The notes under the pieces are model-generated. The model did not search any database and had not been told where the DNA came from. It saw nothing but the letters and a program-made list of their open reading frames with translations. A DNA stretch of 64,000 bases from Rickettsiales bacterium (GTDB taxonomy: Bacteria; Pseudomonadota; Alphaproteobacteria; Rickettsiales; JABSSG01): NCBI GenBank assembly GCA_040221415.1, contig JAVKEN010000005.1, forward strand, positions 5,114 through 69,113, given 5' to 3'. Position 1 is the first letter of the stretch, and every line of letters begins with the position of its first letter. Made by a program: the position numbers and the translations under genes. Shown piece after piece: positions 12,370 to 23,831 of this stretch.

Positions 12370-12819
12370 ATGAAACAAATTGCAAAAAATAGTAAGGCTT
12401 CTTTTCAGTACGAGCTTCTTGAAGAGTTTGAGGCTGGAATCGTATTGCTTGGATCTGAGCTTAAGTCTATTAGAGCTGGTAAGGTTAGTGTTAATGAATC
12501 TTTCGTCGTGGTTGATGGTGGTGAGTTATATGCATTGTATATTCATATTTCTAAATATAGTAATGCGAATAGGTTTAACCATGATGAAACTAGACCAAGA
12601 AAGCTTTTATTACATAAAAAACAGATTAATAAAATTCTTGGAAGGATCAAGACAAAAGGTCTGACTGTAGTAGTGAGATCAATGTATTTTAATAAGCGAA
12701 ACATGGTAAAATTAAGTATTGCCTTGGCAAAGGGAAAAAAGTTGCACGATAAAAGGCAGAGTATCAAAGAGCGTGATTGGAGCAGGGAAAAAAACAGAGA
12801 GTTAAAAAGTATGCAATAG
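12370..12819 (+). CDS. smpB: SsrA-binding protein
   Basis: IAKNSKASFQY, EAGIVLLGSELKSIR, RPRKLLLHKKQI, GKKLHDKRQSIKERDW. Confidence 0.97.
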   Translation: MKQIAKNSKASFQYELLEEFEAGIVLLGSELKSIRAGKVSVNESFVVVDGGELYALYIHISKYSNANRFNHDETRPRKLLLHKKQINKILGRIKTKGLTVVVRSMYFNKRNMVKLSIALAKGKKLHDKRQSIKERDWSREKNRELKSMQ

Positions 12820-12896
12820 TTGATACTAATTAAAACTTTATTAATTTTTTAATTTGTGTTAATATACCTCACACATTTATCTAACAGAGGAGAGAA

Positions 12897-13403
12897 ATGT
12901 CAGAAAACAAAAAATTTTCTGTGGGAGATACTGTAGTTTATCCTTCTCACGGAGTAGGCACTATTCAAGATATAGAAAAGCAAAAAATTGGAGGGATGGA
13001 TCTTGAGTTCTTTGTGATATTTTTTGAAAAAGAAAAAATGTCATTAAGGGTTCCAGTATCTAAGGCTAAGAAAACAGGTCTTCGTCATATCATTAACCAA
13101 GACCAGCTAGTTAAAGTATTTGAAGCTCTAAAAAGCAAGCCCAAATCATGCAAAGGCATGTGGAGTAGGAGAGCGACAGAGTATGAAGCCAAGATAAATT
13201 CTGGCGAGCTTCATTTGATTGCTGAAGTTGTTAGGGATCTACATAAAAACGTTAATGATCCAGACAGGTCATACAGCGAAAGAGTGATCTATGAATCTGC
13301 TCTAAACAGATTGATTAGCGAAATTTCTATTCTTGAAAATATAGAAGTAAGTGTTGCTCAAGAAAAAGTAGAGAACATAATACAAGAAATTCAGCTCGTA
13401 TAG
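12897..13403 (+). CDS. carD: CarD/CdnL family transcription factor
   Basis: FSVGDTVVYPSHGVG, MWSRRATEYEAKINSG, IAEVVRDL, SYSERVIYESA. Confidence 0.93.
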   Translation: MSENKKFSVGDTVVYPSHGVGTIQDIEKQKIGGMDLEFFVIFFEKEKMSLRVPVSKAKKTGLRHIINQDQLVKVFEALKSKPKSCKGMWSRRATEYEAKINSGELHLIAEVVRDLHKNVNDPDRSYSERVIYESALNRLISEISILENIEVSVAQEKVENIIQEIQLV

Positions 13404-13426
13404 ATTTTTTTCTAGTTCGTAATTTG

Positions 13427-13462
13427 AAAAAAAAGGCTATCTGACGATAGCCTATTTTTTTT
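13427..13462. terminator. Bidirectional intrinsic terminator between carD and tRNA-Leu
   Basis: A-tract, AGGCTATC-TGAC-GATAGCCT hairpin, T-tract, lying between convergent genes. Confidence 0.8.
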
Positions 13463-13548
13463 GGTACCCGCGGCCGGACTTGAACCGGCAAGAGCAAAAG
13501 CTCCACGGATTTTAAGTCCGTTATGTCTACCAATTCCATCACGCGGGC
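13462..13548 (-). tRNA. tRNA-Leu (TAA)
   Basis: Reverse complement GCCCGCGTGATGGAATTGGTAGACATAACGGACTTAAAATCCGTGGAGCTTTTGCTCTTGCCGGTTCAAGTCCGGCCGCGGGTACCA, long variable arm. Confidence 0.96.
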
Positions 13549-13590
13549 AAGATAAAATTATATAATAAGGACAACTATTATTATTTCAAG

Positions 13591-13797
13591 TCAATCTTTG
13601 TTTTTTAGTATGATTTCTATTTCTTCTTGAGAGATTCCAACTGCTTGTTCTTTTAATAGTAATGGGATGCCATCAGAAATGGGGAAAGCAAGCTTTGCTT
13701 TAGGACTTATAAGTCGAGAGTTTTTATAGTCATAAACTAATTTGTCTCCCGTAACGGGACACACCAATACGTTTAGAAGATCAGACGTCACTCTCAT
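13591..13797 (-). CDS. Trm112 family protein (UPF0434)
   Basis: [17 protein letters not shown]...[13 protein letters not shown]. Start set at the ATG at 13797. Confidence 0.9.
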   Translation of the reverse strand: MRVTSDLLNVLVCPVTGDKLVYDYKNSRLISPKAKLAFPISDGIPLLLKEQAVGISQEEIEIILKNKD

Positions 13798-13863
13798 TGT
13801 CAACAAGTTCTCTATTCAGAATAGCTAAAATACAGTTTGTGACTGATAAGTAAAGAAATTTTA

Positions 13864-14751
13864 TTAATAATTAATAAAATTATGATGCGTTAGCAATTTA
13901 TCCCAACTTTTAACTTTTATATGAGTACGGAGAAATATTTTCTTTCCAACTTCTCTTTCTAAATCTATCCTAGATTGGGTGCTTATTCTTTTTAAGAGAT
14001 CTCCGTTAGACCCGAGAAGGATAACTTTCTGACTTTCTGAGTTTACATATATAGTTACGTATATTTTTGCTAATTCTTTTGATTCTTCTAAATATTCAGT
14101 GCTTAGTAGTACGTTATAGGGAATTTCTTTGTGTGTATTTAACAAAATCTTTTCTCTTATAACTTCTTGGATATAAAAACTTAGTGGAGCTGTTGTTTCT
14201 TCATCTTTATCAAAGTACCATCCTGGCGAAGAAGCGTTGAGAAACAAATAATTCTCTAGCTGTGCAATCCCGTCTTTTTTAAGTGCAGAAATCATAAAAA
14301 TTTCAGAAAATTCAAATAGGGAAGAAAATTCAGAAGCTTTTTTCAGCAAGCCAGATTTGTTTATCTTATCTATTTTATTTAAAACTAAGATAACCTTTCT
14401 TTGATTAGGAGGATGTTTTTTTGATAAGAAAGTTCGTTCTCTTCCAGATATTTTTTTGGTTGCGTCATGAATGAATAATATAACATCTGAATCTGGTATA
14501 GAGTCATGAATTGCCTTTAGCATCATTTTATCTAAATTCTTTTCTCCATTGAGAAAACCGGGGGTATCAATGAAAACAAGTTGAGTGTCGCCTTTTGTTT
14601 TGATACCTTTTAAGGTGTTGCGTGTAGTTTGAGGTTTTGGAGTAGTAATAGATAATTTTTTCCCAAGAAGCGCATTAAACAAAGTTGATTTGCCTGCATT
14701 TGCTTCTCCAAGAACACATACCCAAGAGTTTTTTTGATTATCTTTGCTCAT
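13864..14751 (-). CDS. era: GTPase Era
   Basis: GEANAGKST, KPQTTR, DTPG, NKID, KH region with HKEIPY and LGSNGDLLKRI. Downstream of rnc. Confidence 0.95.
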   Translation of the reverse strand: MSKDNQKNSWVCVLGEANAGKSTLFNALLGKKLSITTPKPQTTRNTLKGIKTKGDTQLVFIDTPGFLNGEKNLDKMMLKAIHDSIPDSDVILFIHDATKKISGRERTFLSKKHPPNQRKVILVLNKIDKINKSGLLKKASEFSSLFEFSEIFMISALKKDGIAQLENYLFLNASSPGWYFDKDEETTAPLSFYIQEVIREKILLNTHKEIPYNVLLSTEYLEESKELAKIYVTIYVNSESQKVILLGSNGDLLKRISTQSRIDLEREVGKKIFLRTHIKVKSWDKLLTHHNFINY

Positions 14752-15412
14752 TTATAACCTGGTTGATGAAAGATTGAGCTGCTTTCTTTTCTGCGGATTT
14801 TTTTGAAGTTCCCACTCCAGTTGTTGTTAAATGGCCCTGGATTTTGATTTCTACAGTAAATTGGGGCTTATGATCATTACCTGTTTTATTTGTTACATTA
14901 TATTCTGGGAATGGAAGCCCTCTATTCTGCGCCCATTCCTGGACAAAAGTTTTAGGCTCAATAGGTGTGATTTTCACCTTTGAAATTAATGTGCTCCATG
15001 TTTTCGAAATAAATTTCTTACATTCGTCAAAATTGGAATCAAGGTACATGGCTCCTAAAAGTGACTCTACAACATTTTCTAAGATATTCTTGTTTGCTCT
15101 TCCTCCTAATCTTTCCTCTGTGGGTGAGAGAATAATATATTTGTCCAGACCAATTTCTTTCGCAATATCAGCTAATGACTCACCCTTTACAAGATAAGAA
15201 CGTTTTTTTGCCAGATCTCCTTCATTTGATTCAGGGAATTTATTCATTAGAATCTCTGTGAGTACGAGTGATAATACAGAGTCTCCTAAAAACTCTAACC
15301 TTTCATAATTTCTGGTATTTGAACAACTGAGGCTAGGATGTGTCAAGGCCTCCGTCAGTAAAGATTTATTTTTAAATTTATAGTTAATTATATTCTCGAG
15401 CGCATCTAACAT
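14738..15412 (-). CDS. rnc: Ribonuclease III
   Basis: ALTHPS, YERLEFLGDSVL, ESLLGAMYLDS, C-terminal dsRBD. Confidence 0.97.
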   Translation of the reverse strand: MLDALENIINYKFKNKSLLTEALTHPSLSCSNTRNYERLEFLGDSVLSLVLTEILMNKFPESNEGDLAKKRSYLVKGESLADIAKEIGLDKYIILSPTEERLGGRANKNILENVVESLLGAMYLDSNFDECKKFISKTWSTLISKVKITPIEPKTFVQEWAQNRGLPFPEYNVTNKTGNDHKPQFTVEIKIQGHLTTTGVGTSKKSAEKKAAQSFINQVINEQR

Positions 15413-16113
15413 TATTTTATACTTTTAAAAGTTCTTCCTGATCTGAAATATTGAAAAAAATTAATTACATCATACATAGGGTATCTACTAGAAAAGATTA
15501 TATTTTCTGCTTTTCCAATTAGGTTGTCAAATTTCACATATCCTATTCCGTGCAAGTTGCGACTATCATTAGAGTTATCCATATTATCTCCCATGAAGAA
15601 ATAATGGTTCTCTGGAACTCGATACACTTCCGTGTTGTCAAGTTCCGTGAGTCTATCATCTAAGACGATATATTGCCGTTTATTAGGCAGGGTATGAGTA
15701 TATTTATTCGATTCCTGATCAAATGAAGTAAACTTTCCACTTTTTTTCTTTGGCACTTCAGAGCCATTAATAAAAATTTGTCCATCAATGATCTGGATAG
15801 AGTCTCCAGGGAGACCTATTAATCTTTTTATATAAATTTTATCTGTTTCGAATACTATCACATCCCCTCTTCTTGGAAGATTCATAACAAATTTACGGCC
15901 TTCGAATAAAGGTGGTGACATAGGGAATGAATATTTGCTTATTCCATATGCATATTTATTAATTAATATGCGGTCACCTATTAAAAGATTGGGATACATT
16001 GAGCTTGATGGAATGTAGTACATTTCATAAGCAACTGACCTAAAAAGTAGTGCTAAAAACACCACCCAGAAGAGACCTATAACTTCTTGCTTCATATTTC
16101 TTTTTGTACTCAT
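15412..16113 (-). CDS. lepB: Signal peptidase I
   Basis: IPSSSMYPNLLIGD, YIKRLIGLPGD, FFMGDNMDNSNDSR. Confidence 0.96.
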   Translation of the reverse strand: MSTKRNMKQEVIGLFWVVFLALLFRSVAYEMYYIPSSSMYPNLLIGDRILINKYAYGISKYSFPMSPPLFEGRKFVMNLPRRGDVIVFETDKIYIKRLIGLPGDSIQIIDGQIFINGSEVPKKKSGKFTSFDQESNKYTHTLPNKRQYIVLDDRLTELDNTEVYRVPENHYFFMGDNMDNSNDSRNLHGIGYVKFDNLIGKAENIIFSSRYPMYDVINFFQYFRSGRTFKSIK

Positions 16114-17597
16114 TTCTTTTTCTTTATTAAATTCTTTCCAGTCATAGAAATAGGTTGCTCAATATTAAATAAACCTAATATGGTTGGAGCAATATCGTCT
16201 AATCCACCGCCCTCTAAAGAAATCTCTAAATTATCTGCAATAACAATAAAAGGCACAGGGTTAGTAGTATGAGATGTGACCCTCTGCTGGGTCTTTTTAT
16301 CAAACATTAATTCGGCATTTCCATGGTCAGCTGTTATTATAAGAATGCCTCCTAGATTTTTGACTATTTGCTTGTAGAGTACTTCTAAGCATTTATCTAT
16401 ACAAGAAACCGCTTTTTTAGTTGCTTCGTAATTTCCAGTGTGACCTACCATATCAGCGTTTGGATAGTTTACCAAAACAAAATCATAGGAACTTGCTTTG
16501 TTTTTAATAAAGTCAGTAACTTTATATGCCGACATCTCGGGGCATAAATCATAAGTTGCAACTTTTGGAGAGTTGGTTAATATCCTATCTTCACCAGGAT
16601 ATTCTTCTTCATTCCCGCCATTAAAAAAGTAAGTGACGTGAGGATATTTCTCTGTCTCTGATACGCGCAGCTGCCTAAGTCCTTTCTTCGATAACAGTTC
16701 TCCCAACGTATTTTCAATAGTTGATTTTGGGAATAATACTTTGGCAAATGTAGAAATTGTATCTGAATAATGAGTCATGGTGTAGATGTTAGACTCGCTG
16801 GATTGCTTGTGAAGTTCTTCGACTAATTGCCTCATCCTATCCGGACGAAAATTATAAAATATAATGTTATCGTATGCATTCAATCCTTGATATTTGGAGC
16901 TAACAGCTGGTTTAAAGAACTCATCATATATTTTGTGCTTGTAGGATTTATCTATAGTTTGGTATAAGTCATCATATTTTTCTCCATGACACTTTGTTAT
17001 GGCATTGGCAGCGAATTGAGTTCTATCTGCACGATTATCTCTGTCCATGCTATAATATCTACCAGATACAGTTGCGATTAAAAAATTCTTATCTTTTAAG
17101 TATTTGGATAATTTTTTTATATATTTAGCACAAGATTTGGGGCTAGTATCTCTACCATCAGTAATTATATGTAGATATACTTTCTTATCATTTTTCAGAA
17201 GAAAATCACAAACATTTAATGCATGATCTATATGAGAATGAATTCCACCATCAGATAATAGCCCAATAACATGGAATGGTTTGTTGCTTTGAGATAGTTG
17301 ATTAAAAGATATACTATGTTCAATATCTCCATTTTTAAAGAATTCTGAGATCTTTACAAGGTCTTGTTGAATTATGCGCCCACTACCAATTGTCATGTGA
17401 CCGACTTCTGAGTTACCCATTTGTCCATTAGGAAGGCCTACATGCTTCCCAGAAGTTTGCAGTTTGGTTGATGGATATTTTTCTATTAAATAATTATAGA
17501 AATTTGGGTTAGCATTGGTTATAGCATTATGGGGCCCTTTAGATCCAATGCCCCAGCCGTCAAGAATACATAAAATAATTGGTCTTCTAGCTGACAT
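16110..17597 (-). CDS. gpmI: 2,3-bisphosphoglycerate-independent phosphoglycerate mutase
   Basis: ILDGWG, GQMGNSEVGH, SDGGIHSH, SETEKYPHVTYFF, NADMVGHTG, TADHGNAE, TSHTTNPVP. Confidence 0.96.
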   Translation of the reverse strand: MSARRPIILCILDGWGIGSKGPHNAITNANPNFYNYLIEKYPSTKLQTSGKHVGLPNGQMGNSEVGHMTIGSGRIIQQDLVKISEFFKNGDIEHSISFNQLSQSNKPFHVIGLLSDGGIHSHIDHALNVCDFLLKNDKKVYLHIITDGRDTSPKSCAKYIKKLSKYLKDKNFLIATVSGRYYSMDRDNRADRTQFAANAITKCHGEKYDDLYQTIDKSYKHKIYDEFFKPAVSSKYQGLNAYDNIIFYNFRPDRMRQLVEELHKQSSESNIYTMTHYSDTISTFAKVLFPKSTIENTLGELLSKKGLRQLRVSETEKYPHVTYFFNGGNEEEYPGEDRILTNSPKVATYDLCPEMSAYKVTDFIKNKASSYDFVLVNYPNADMVGHTGNYEATKKAVSCIDKCLEVLYKQIVKNLGGILIITADHGNAELMFDKKTQQRVTSHTTNPVPFIVIADNLEISLEGGGLDDIAPTILGLFNIEQPISMTGKNLIKKKK

Positions 17598-18253
17598 CAG
17601 ATTATTTTTTTGCCAGTGTTAATATAGAATAAAATTTTTGCGAGTTTAACAATATAGTCTCCAATGCGCTCAATATTTTTACTTGCCATTACGATTTGTA
17701 TTGAATCAGACATTGTGTTTTTTTTCTCAATTTTAAGATCTGAGATTTTATTCATGAAATTGGAGTATAAAGTATCTATATTATCATCCAATTTTATTAC
17801 GTGCATTGCATTACTTGTCTCCCATTTCTGGAAGCAAGTGCAAATTCTTTTCATCATTTCTATCAAAGATCTATTCATTTTTAATATGTCTTCAGAAAAA
17901 ACAGCTAACATATCTGTTTGTATATAAGAAGATCTTTTAATGACATTTTTACTAAGGTCCCCCATTCTTTCTAAGATGACCGCAATTCTTATTGCAGAGA
18001 CTACAAATCTTAAATCAATAGCTAGAGGCTGTCTAGTTGCTAACACAGTAGTTGCCAGAACTTCTATATGCTCATCACATTGATTGATTTTTAAATCTAG
18101 GTCTATTGAATCTTTGATGTAATCTTCTCCGAAATTCTGCATTGCTTTGTTCTGCAGTTCTAAAAGATCTAAGAAATACTTAGACATTTGCACCAAAGAA
18201 GTGTCTAAATCATTTAATTCATTTTGATAAGATGAGACTGTATGGTCTACCAT
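17597..18253 (-). CDS. phoU: Phosphate transport regulator PhoU
   Basis: RQPLAIDLR, LERMGD, DDNIDTLY, KNIERIGDY repeats. Confidence 0.9.
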   Translation of the reverse strand: MVDHTVSSYQNELNDLDTSLVQMSKYFLDLLELQNKAMQNFGEDYIKDSIDLDLKINQCDEHIEVLATTVLATRQPLAIDLRFVVSAIRIAVILERMGDLSKNVIKRSSYIQTDMLAVFSEDILKMNRSLIEMMKRICTCFQKWETSNAMHVIKLDDNIDTLYSNFMNKISDLKIEKKNTMSDSIQIVMASKNIERIGDYIVKLAKILFYINTGKKII

Positions 18254-18310
18254 GTTAAAAGGAAATTGTTATGCTTTGATACTAAGTAAAAAACTACTAC
18301 AGGTCAAGCT

Positions 18311-18772
18311 TCAGCGAGTTTTATCTTTATTAATAGTATGCAAAAAATTTTCAAAATCAGAAATATTATTAAAGTCATGATACACGGAAGAGAACCTTAC
18401 ATAAGCTACGTCATCTAGTTTAGATAATTCATTCATAACAAGCTCACCTATTTCTTTTGACGTTATTTCACCATCCACATTATGTTCAATGTTATTTATT
18501 ATTCCATCAATCATACTATCTATTTCTTCTGGAGAAATATCCCTTTTTCTTGTGGCTATGCTTATAGATTTAAAGAGCTTCTCTCTGTCAAAATTTCTTC
18601 TGGAGCCGTCTTTCTTTACTACCATTATGTCTCTATTTTGCATGCGCTCATATGTAGTAAAGCGTGTGTCGCAGGCAGAGCAATATCTTCTTCTCTTGAT
18701 GGACTTGCCATCATTGCTTTGTCTTGAGTCCTTTACTTGAGTATCTAAAGCATTACAAAAAGGGCATTTCAT
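18311..18772 (-). CDS. nrdR: Transcriptional repressor NrdR
   Basis: MKCPFC...VKDSR...RRRYCSACDTRFTTYER, ATP cone, VAYVRFSSVY. Confidence 0.97.
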   Translation of the reverse strand: MKCPFCNALDTQVKDSRQSNDGKSIKRRRYCSACDTRFTTYERMQNRDIMVVKKDGSRRNFDREKLFKSISIATRKRDISPEEIDSMIDGIINNIEHNVDGEITSKEIGELVMNELSKLDDVAYVRFSSVYHDFNNISDFENFLHTINKDKTR

Positions 18773-18788
18773 AAGTTATAAATAAAGC

Positions 18789-20072
18789 TTAATATATAGG
18801 ATATTGCTTACACAAATTCTCAACTTTTGACAATATCTTTTGTTCAGTTTCACTGTTATCCTCATAATTATTTTGTAGACCTCTAACTACTTCAGATATC
18901 ATTGACCCTATCTCGGTAAACTCTTTTTCCTTAAAACCTCTAGTGGTGCCTGCTGGAGTTCCCAACCTTATTCCAGAGGTTACAAAAGGAGACCTTGGAT
19001 CGTTTGGAACAGTGTTTTTGTTACATGTTAATCCTGCGTTCTCCATGCTACGTTCCGCATCTTTTCCTGAAACATTCTTGGATATCAAGCTGACAAGCAT
19101 TAAGTGGCAATCTGTTCCTCCAGAAATAAGATTGAAATCGTGTCTTATCAATTCCTCTGCTAGTGCTTGTGCGTTTTTGATTACTTGTTGGCTGTAAGAC
19201 TTGAATTCAGGTTTAAGGCACTCACCAAATGCAACAGCTTTTGCAGCTATCACATGCATTAGTGGGCCACCTTGAAGCCCAGGGAAAATTGCTGAATTAA
19301 GTTTTTTGTATAATTCTGGATTATTGGATAACATTAACCCGCCTCTAGGGCCTCGAAGAGTTTTGTGGGTAGTGGAGGTCATTACATCTGCATATTTGGC
19401 AGCAGAAGGATATAATCCTGAACATATCAAACCGGCGTAGTGTGCAATGTCTGCTAATAAAAAAGCTCCTACTTTGTTTGCTATTTCTCTAAATTTCTTA
19501 AAATCTATTTTTCTTGGATACGCAGACCCTCCAGCAATAATGAGTTTAGGTTTATGTTCTACAGCTTTTTTTTCCACCTCACTATAATCTATTAATCCAG
19601 TTTCTGGGTCAATCCCGTATTGAATTGCATTAAACCATTTACCTGAAATATTCGGAGCAGCCCCATGTGTCAGGTGCCCTCCATCAGCTAAGGACATGCC
19701 AAGAATAGTGTCTCCGGGATTCAGGAGCGCTAAAAACACAGCTTGATTTGCCTGAGATCCTGAGTGCGGTTGTACATTAGCGTATTCACAATCAAATAAT
19801 GTTTTTGCGCGATTAATGGCAATATTTTCAATTTCATCTACAAATTCGCAACCACCGTAATATCTTTTGTTAGGATATCCTTCTGCATACTTGTTTGTGG
19901 CAACAGTTCCCATTATTTCCATAACTGATTTACTTACTATATTTTCAGAAGCAATCAATTCAATTTGATTTTGTTGTCTTTTTAACTCTCTCTCTAGACA
20001 AATGGAAACATCTGGATCTGTTAGAGAGTAATTATTGGTAAAAAAATTTACGTGTTTTCCTATATCTTTCAT
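18789..20072 (-). CDS. glyA: Serine hydroxymethyltransferase
   Basis: [44 protein letters not shown]. Confidence 0.98.
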   Translation of the reverse strand: MKDIGKHVNFFTNNYSLTDPDVSICLERELKRQQNQIELIASENIVSKSVMEIMGTVATNKYAEGYPNKRYYGGCEFVDEIENIAINRAKTLFDCEYANVQPHSGSQANQAVFLALLNPGDTILGMSLADGGHLTHGAAPNISGKWFNAIQYGIDPETGLIDYSEVEKKAVEHKPKLIIAGGSAYPRKIDFKKFREIANKVGAFLLADIAHYAGLICSGLYPSAAKYADVMTSTTHKTLRGPRGGLMLSNNPELYKKLNSAIFPGLQGGPLMHVIAAKAVAFGECLKPEFKSYSQQVIKNAQALAEELIRHDFNLISGGTDCHLMLVSLISKNVSGKDAERSMENAGLTCNKNTVPNDPRSPFVTSGIRLGTPAGTTRGFKEKEFTEIGSMISEVVRGLQNNYEDNSETEQKILSKVENLCKQYPIY

Positions 20073-20080
20073 AATAACCT

Positions 20081-20503
20081 TTAAATATTGATTTTATTTA
20101 CTCTTGTTTCATGCCTTCCTTTATCAAAAGATGATTTGATAAATTCATCAACCATTTCTTTTGCATGATCGTAATCAGTTTCGTCTGATCCCAATACTAA
20201 AACGTTGGCGTTATTATGTTTTCGAGATAGGTAGATATCTTTGATTGATCTACACAAAGCCGCTCTTATGTTCCTGTGTCTATTTGCTGCAATTGACATG
20301 CCAATTCCACTGCCGCAGATCAAAACACCCACTTGTTCATCACGAAGTTTTTTAGCTAGCAAGTGTGCGTAATCAGGATAATCTGCAGAAGTCAAATCAT
20401 AAGGTCCGAGATCTTGCACTACATGTCCTTCATCATTTAAAAATTGAGCGAGTCTTTCTTTTAAAGAAAAACCTCTGTGATCCGAGGCAATTAAAAATTC
20501 CAT
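20081..20503 (-). CDS. rpiB: Ribose-5-phosphate isomerase B
   Basis: [41 protein letters not shown]. Confidence 0.95.
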   Translation of the reverse strand: MEFLIASDHRGFSLKERLAQFLNDEGHVVQDLGPYDLTSADYPDYAHLLAKKLRDEQVGVLICGSGIGMSIAANRHRNIRAALCRSIKDIYLSRKHNNANVLVLGSDETDYDHAKEMVDEFIKSSFDKGRHETRVNKINI

Positions 20504-20575
20504 AATAATAATGCTATTAACAATTAGAAATTTGTAGCATTTTTTTTACAAGATATAAAGGCGAGATTTAGTTTT

Positions 20576-21937
20576 CTATAAAAGTTCAGATTTTATTGCC
20601 GATTCAATACGAGATATAGATTTGCTTATCACCCTCTTTTCTGGGTGCTCAACCATAATCCTTATAAGGGGCTCTGTACCTGAGTTACGAACATTTACTC
20701 TCCCACTTTTGCCAAGCTCCATCTTAACTTCATCTATAGCACTCTGCACTTTCTTTAAAGAATGGATATTTGTTTTCGTATCTTTAATTGGTACACTATG
20801 TATTTGCTGAGGTGTAGATTGAAAAGGATGACAAAACTCTGAAAATTTCTTCTTTTTTGATCTAATGAAGAATGAGAGCATAGATAATGCTGACACGATA
20901 CCATCACCAGTTGTTGAATAGTCACTCATAATGATGTGTCCAGACTGTTCACCTCCAAGGTTTGAGGTGTTTTTTCTCAACTCATTCGAGACGTGTTTGT
21001 CACCTACATTGGTACGGACAACGTCAACTCCAATAGAGTTACAAAATTTTTCAAATCCAATATTTGACATTTCTGTGCAAATTACTCTGTCATTCTTTAA
21101 AAAGTTATTGCTTTTCATCCCTGCTGCTATGCATGCAAGGATTGCATCTCCATTTGCAACATTTCCTTTTTCATCAATCATTAATATCCTGTCCGCATCT
21201 CCATCTAGAACTACACCGAGATTTGCTTTTTCATGAATTACTCTTTCAATAGCTTTTTCAGGATGCATAGAACCACAGTTTAAATTGATATTTGTTCCGT
21301 TAGGGTTATCAAAAATTGAAATAACCTCGGCCCCTAATTCCCAGAATATTTTGCTTGCTAAATGATACGCAGCACCATTAGCAGCATCGACAACTATCTT
21401 CATGCCGGAAAGACGCAAATTTTTAGGGAAAGTATTCTTTGCATATTCAATATATCGCCCTGGGGCATCATCTAATCTTTTTGCTCTACCCAAGTCTGTA
21501 TTTTTTGCAGAATTATTTCCTTTGGGGTAGTCTTTGATAAGTGTTTCAATAGCTGTTTCATCTTTTTTGGTTAATTTGTAACCATCTTGGTCAAAAATTT
21601 TAATACCATTATCTTGGAATTGATTATGAGACGCCGAAATCATAATTCCAAAATCTGCTCTGAGAGACTTTATTAACATAGAAATAGCAGGAGTTGGCAT
21701 CGGGCCAACCAATAAAACATTAATTCCAGTAGATACTAATGCAGAAGTAAGGGCTGGTTCTATTAAATATCCAGATAAACGTGTATCTTTACCAATGACT
21801 GCTAATTGTCTTTGTTTATTAGGTTTATAAAAATAACTTCCGCATGCCATACCAATTAGGGTAACAACCTCTGGTGTTAAGTAATTTTCATTAGCTTTAC
21901 CCCTAATGCCATCTGTACCAAAGTTTACTTCAATCAT
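20576..21937 (-). CDS. glmM: Phosphoglucosamine mutase
   Basis: [49 protein letters not shown]. Confidence 0.96.
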   Translation of the reverse strand: MIEVNFGTDGIRGKANENYLTPEVVTLIGMACGSYFYKPNKQRQLAVIGKDTRLSGYLIEPALTSALVSTGINVLLVGPMPTPAISMLIKSLRADFGIMISASHNQFQDNGIKIFDQDGYKLTKKDETAIETLIKDYPKGNNSAKNTDLGRAKRLDDAPGRYIEYAKNTFPKNLRLSGMKIVVDAANGAAYHLASKIFWELGAEVISIFDNPNGTNINLNCGSMHPEKAIERVIHEKANLGVVLDGDADRILMIDEKGNVANGDAILACIAAGMKSNNFLKNDRVICTEMSNIGFEKFCNSIGVDVVRTNVGDKHVSNELRKNTSNLGGEQSGHIIMSDYSTTGDGIVSALSMLSFFIRSKKKKFSEFCHPFQSTPQQIHSVPIKDTKTNIHSLKKVQSAIDEVKMELGKSGRVNVRNSGTEPLIRIMVEHPEKRVISKSISRIESAIKSELL

Positions 21938-23805
21938 TTTTTAGTTTTATTCTTAGGTTTTGCAGTGCTTTTTTGGGTGACGGTTATCTTTTTGTCCGAA
22001 GAAGTGTTTTTGCTTAATTTGATCTTAAGAAGAGTTTTTATCTCATCACCAGTCAATGTTTCTTTTTCAAGCAGGGTTATAGCAAGTAAATCAAGCTTCT
22101 TTCTATGTTTTTCTATAATAGACTTAGCTAATTTATAACCATCCTCAATTAATTTTTTAACTTCTAGGTCTACTAGAATTTCTGTTTCTGTAGAGTATTG
22201 CTTCTGTCCGTGGTCGCCAGCATATTTATCTTGGCCTTCTGGCCCGTAAAACACAGGGCCAACTTTGTTACTCATGCCCCACTCTCTGACCATGGCTCTT
22301 GCAATGTTAGTGGCTTGTTTGATATCAGAAGAGGCTCCACTAGTAACATTTCCGTGACCAAATACTATTTCTTCTGCCACGCGCCCTCCCATTGCTACTG
22401 CTATATCTGCGGTCATTTTATCTCTGGTCACAGAAAATCTATCTGATTTTGGTAGACGCATCACTAATCCTAAAGCCCTTCCCCTCGGTATAATGGTAGC
22501 TTTATGAATCGGATCAGAGGCTGGGCAAAACAATGATACTAATGCGTGCCCGCCCTCGTGAAATGCAGTGAGTCTTTTTTCTTCATCACTCATTACCATA
22601 GACCTTCTCTCAGGGCCCATCATCACTTTGTCCTTTGCATCTTCTAACTCTTTTGTGGATACTATCTTTCTATCTCTTCTTGCAGCTAAAAGTGCAGCCT
22701 CATTAACAAGGTTTGCAAGGTCTGCTCCAGAGAATCCAGGAGTACCTCTTGCAATAACTTTTATATCTAAATCCGGTTCGCAAACTATTTTTTTTAGATG
22801 AACATTTAATATTGCTTCTCTGCCCTTTATGTCTGGTGGGGGTACATGTATCTGCCTATCAAACCTTCCAGGCCTTAAGAGTGCTGGATCCAAAACATCA
22901 GGCCTATTAGTAGCAGCAATAATTATGACACTGTCGTTTGCCTCAAATCCATCCATCTCAACTAATAATTGATTTAAAGTTTGTTCTCTTTCGTCATTTC
23001 CACCCCCTAATCCTATTCCTCTATGTCTTCCTACTGCATCAATTTCATCAATAAAAATAATACACGGCTCATGCTTTTTACCTTGTTCAAACATGTCACG
23101 GACACGACTGGCACCAACTCCAACAAACATCTCAACAAAATCAGAACCTGAAATAGTAAAAAAGGGCACATTTGCTTCACCAGCCACAGCGCGAGCTATA
23201 AGTGTTTTTCCTGTCCCTGGGGATCCTATTAATAAGCATCCTTTAGGGATTCTGCCGCCCAATGTTTGAAACTTTGATGGATTTTTCAAAAACTCAACTA
23301 TCTCCTGCAGTTCTTCCCTAGCTTCATCGATTCCGGCCACATCTTTGAATGTAACCTTGTCAAGTTTATCTCCCATAAGACGAGCTTTAGATTTTCCAAA
23401 GCCCATTGCTTTTCCACCGCCGCCTTGCATCTGTCTTAAAAAGAAAACCCATATACCAATTAAAAGTAGCATTGGGAACCACGATAGCAAAATACTTACA
23501 AATCCTCCCATTTTGCTTTCTGTTGGCGAAGCCTTTATGTTGACGTTATGTTTTTGTAATAGATCTACCAATCCTGGATAGTAAGGAGAGTAGGTTCTAA
23601 ATTTCTTGCCGTCAGCATATTTTCCATCAATGTTATTTCCTTCTATAAGGACATCAGATACTTGTGATGCTTCGACGTTAGTAATAAACTCGGAGAAAGA
23701 AATATTAACTCGTTCTCCATATTCTACTCCATTGAAATTGTCAAAAACTATCAGCAAAAGAATTACAATTCCGATCCAGACAGCAAGATTCTTTTTAAAG
23801 TTCAT
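21934..23805 (-). CDS. ftsH: ATP-dependent zinc metalloprotease FtsH
   Basis: Two TM segments, [31 protein letters not shown] at 23805 is preceded by GGAG. Confidence 0.98.
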   Translation of the reverse strand: MNFKKNLAVWIGIVILLLIVFDNFNGVEYGERVNISFSEFITNVEASQVSDVLIEGNNIDGKYADGKKFRTYSPYYPGLVDLLQKHNVNIKASPTESKMGGFVSILLSWFPMLLLIGIWVFFLRQMQGGGGKAMGFGKSKARLMGDKLDKVTFKDVAGIDEAREELQEIVEFLKNPSKFQTLGGRIPKGCLLIGSPGTGKTLIARAVAGEANVPFFTISGSDFVEMFVGVGASRVRDMFEQGKKHEPCIIFIDEIDAVGRHRGIGLGGGNDEREQTLNQLLVEMDGFEANDSVIIIAATNRPDVLDPALLRPGRFDRQIHVPPPDIKGREAILNVHLKKIVCEPDLDIKVIARGTPGFSGADLANLVNEAALLAARRDRKIVSTKELEDAKDKVMMGPERRSMVMSDEEKRLTAFHEGGHALVSLFCPASDPIHKATIIPRGRALGLVMRLPKSDRFSVTRDKMTADIAVAMGGRVAEEIVFGHGNVTSGASSDIKQATNIARAMVREWGMSNKVGPVFYGPEGQDKYAGDHGQKQYSTETEILVDLEVKKLIEDGYKLAKSIIEKHRKKLDLLAITLLEKETLTGDEIKTLLKIKLSKNTSSDKKITVTQKSTAKPKNKTKK

Positions 23806-23831
23806 TAATATCTCCAATGATTAGAACGTTG

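Noticed and set aside
12830-12844. CtrA-like TTAA-N7-TTAA box upstream of carD
   Set aside because: It matches the spacing but lacks the terminal C, and such motifs arise often by chance at this AT content. Not supportable without a PWM or ChIP data.
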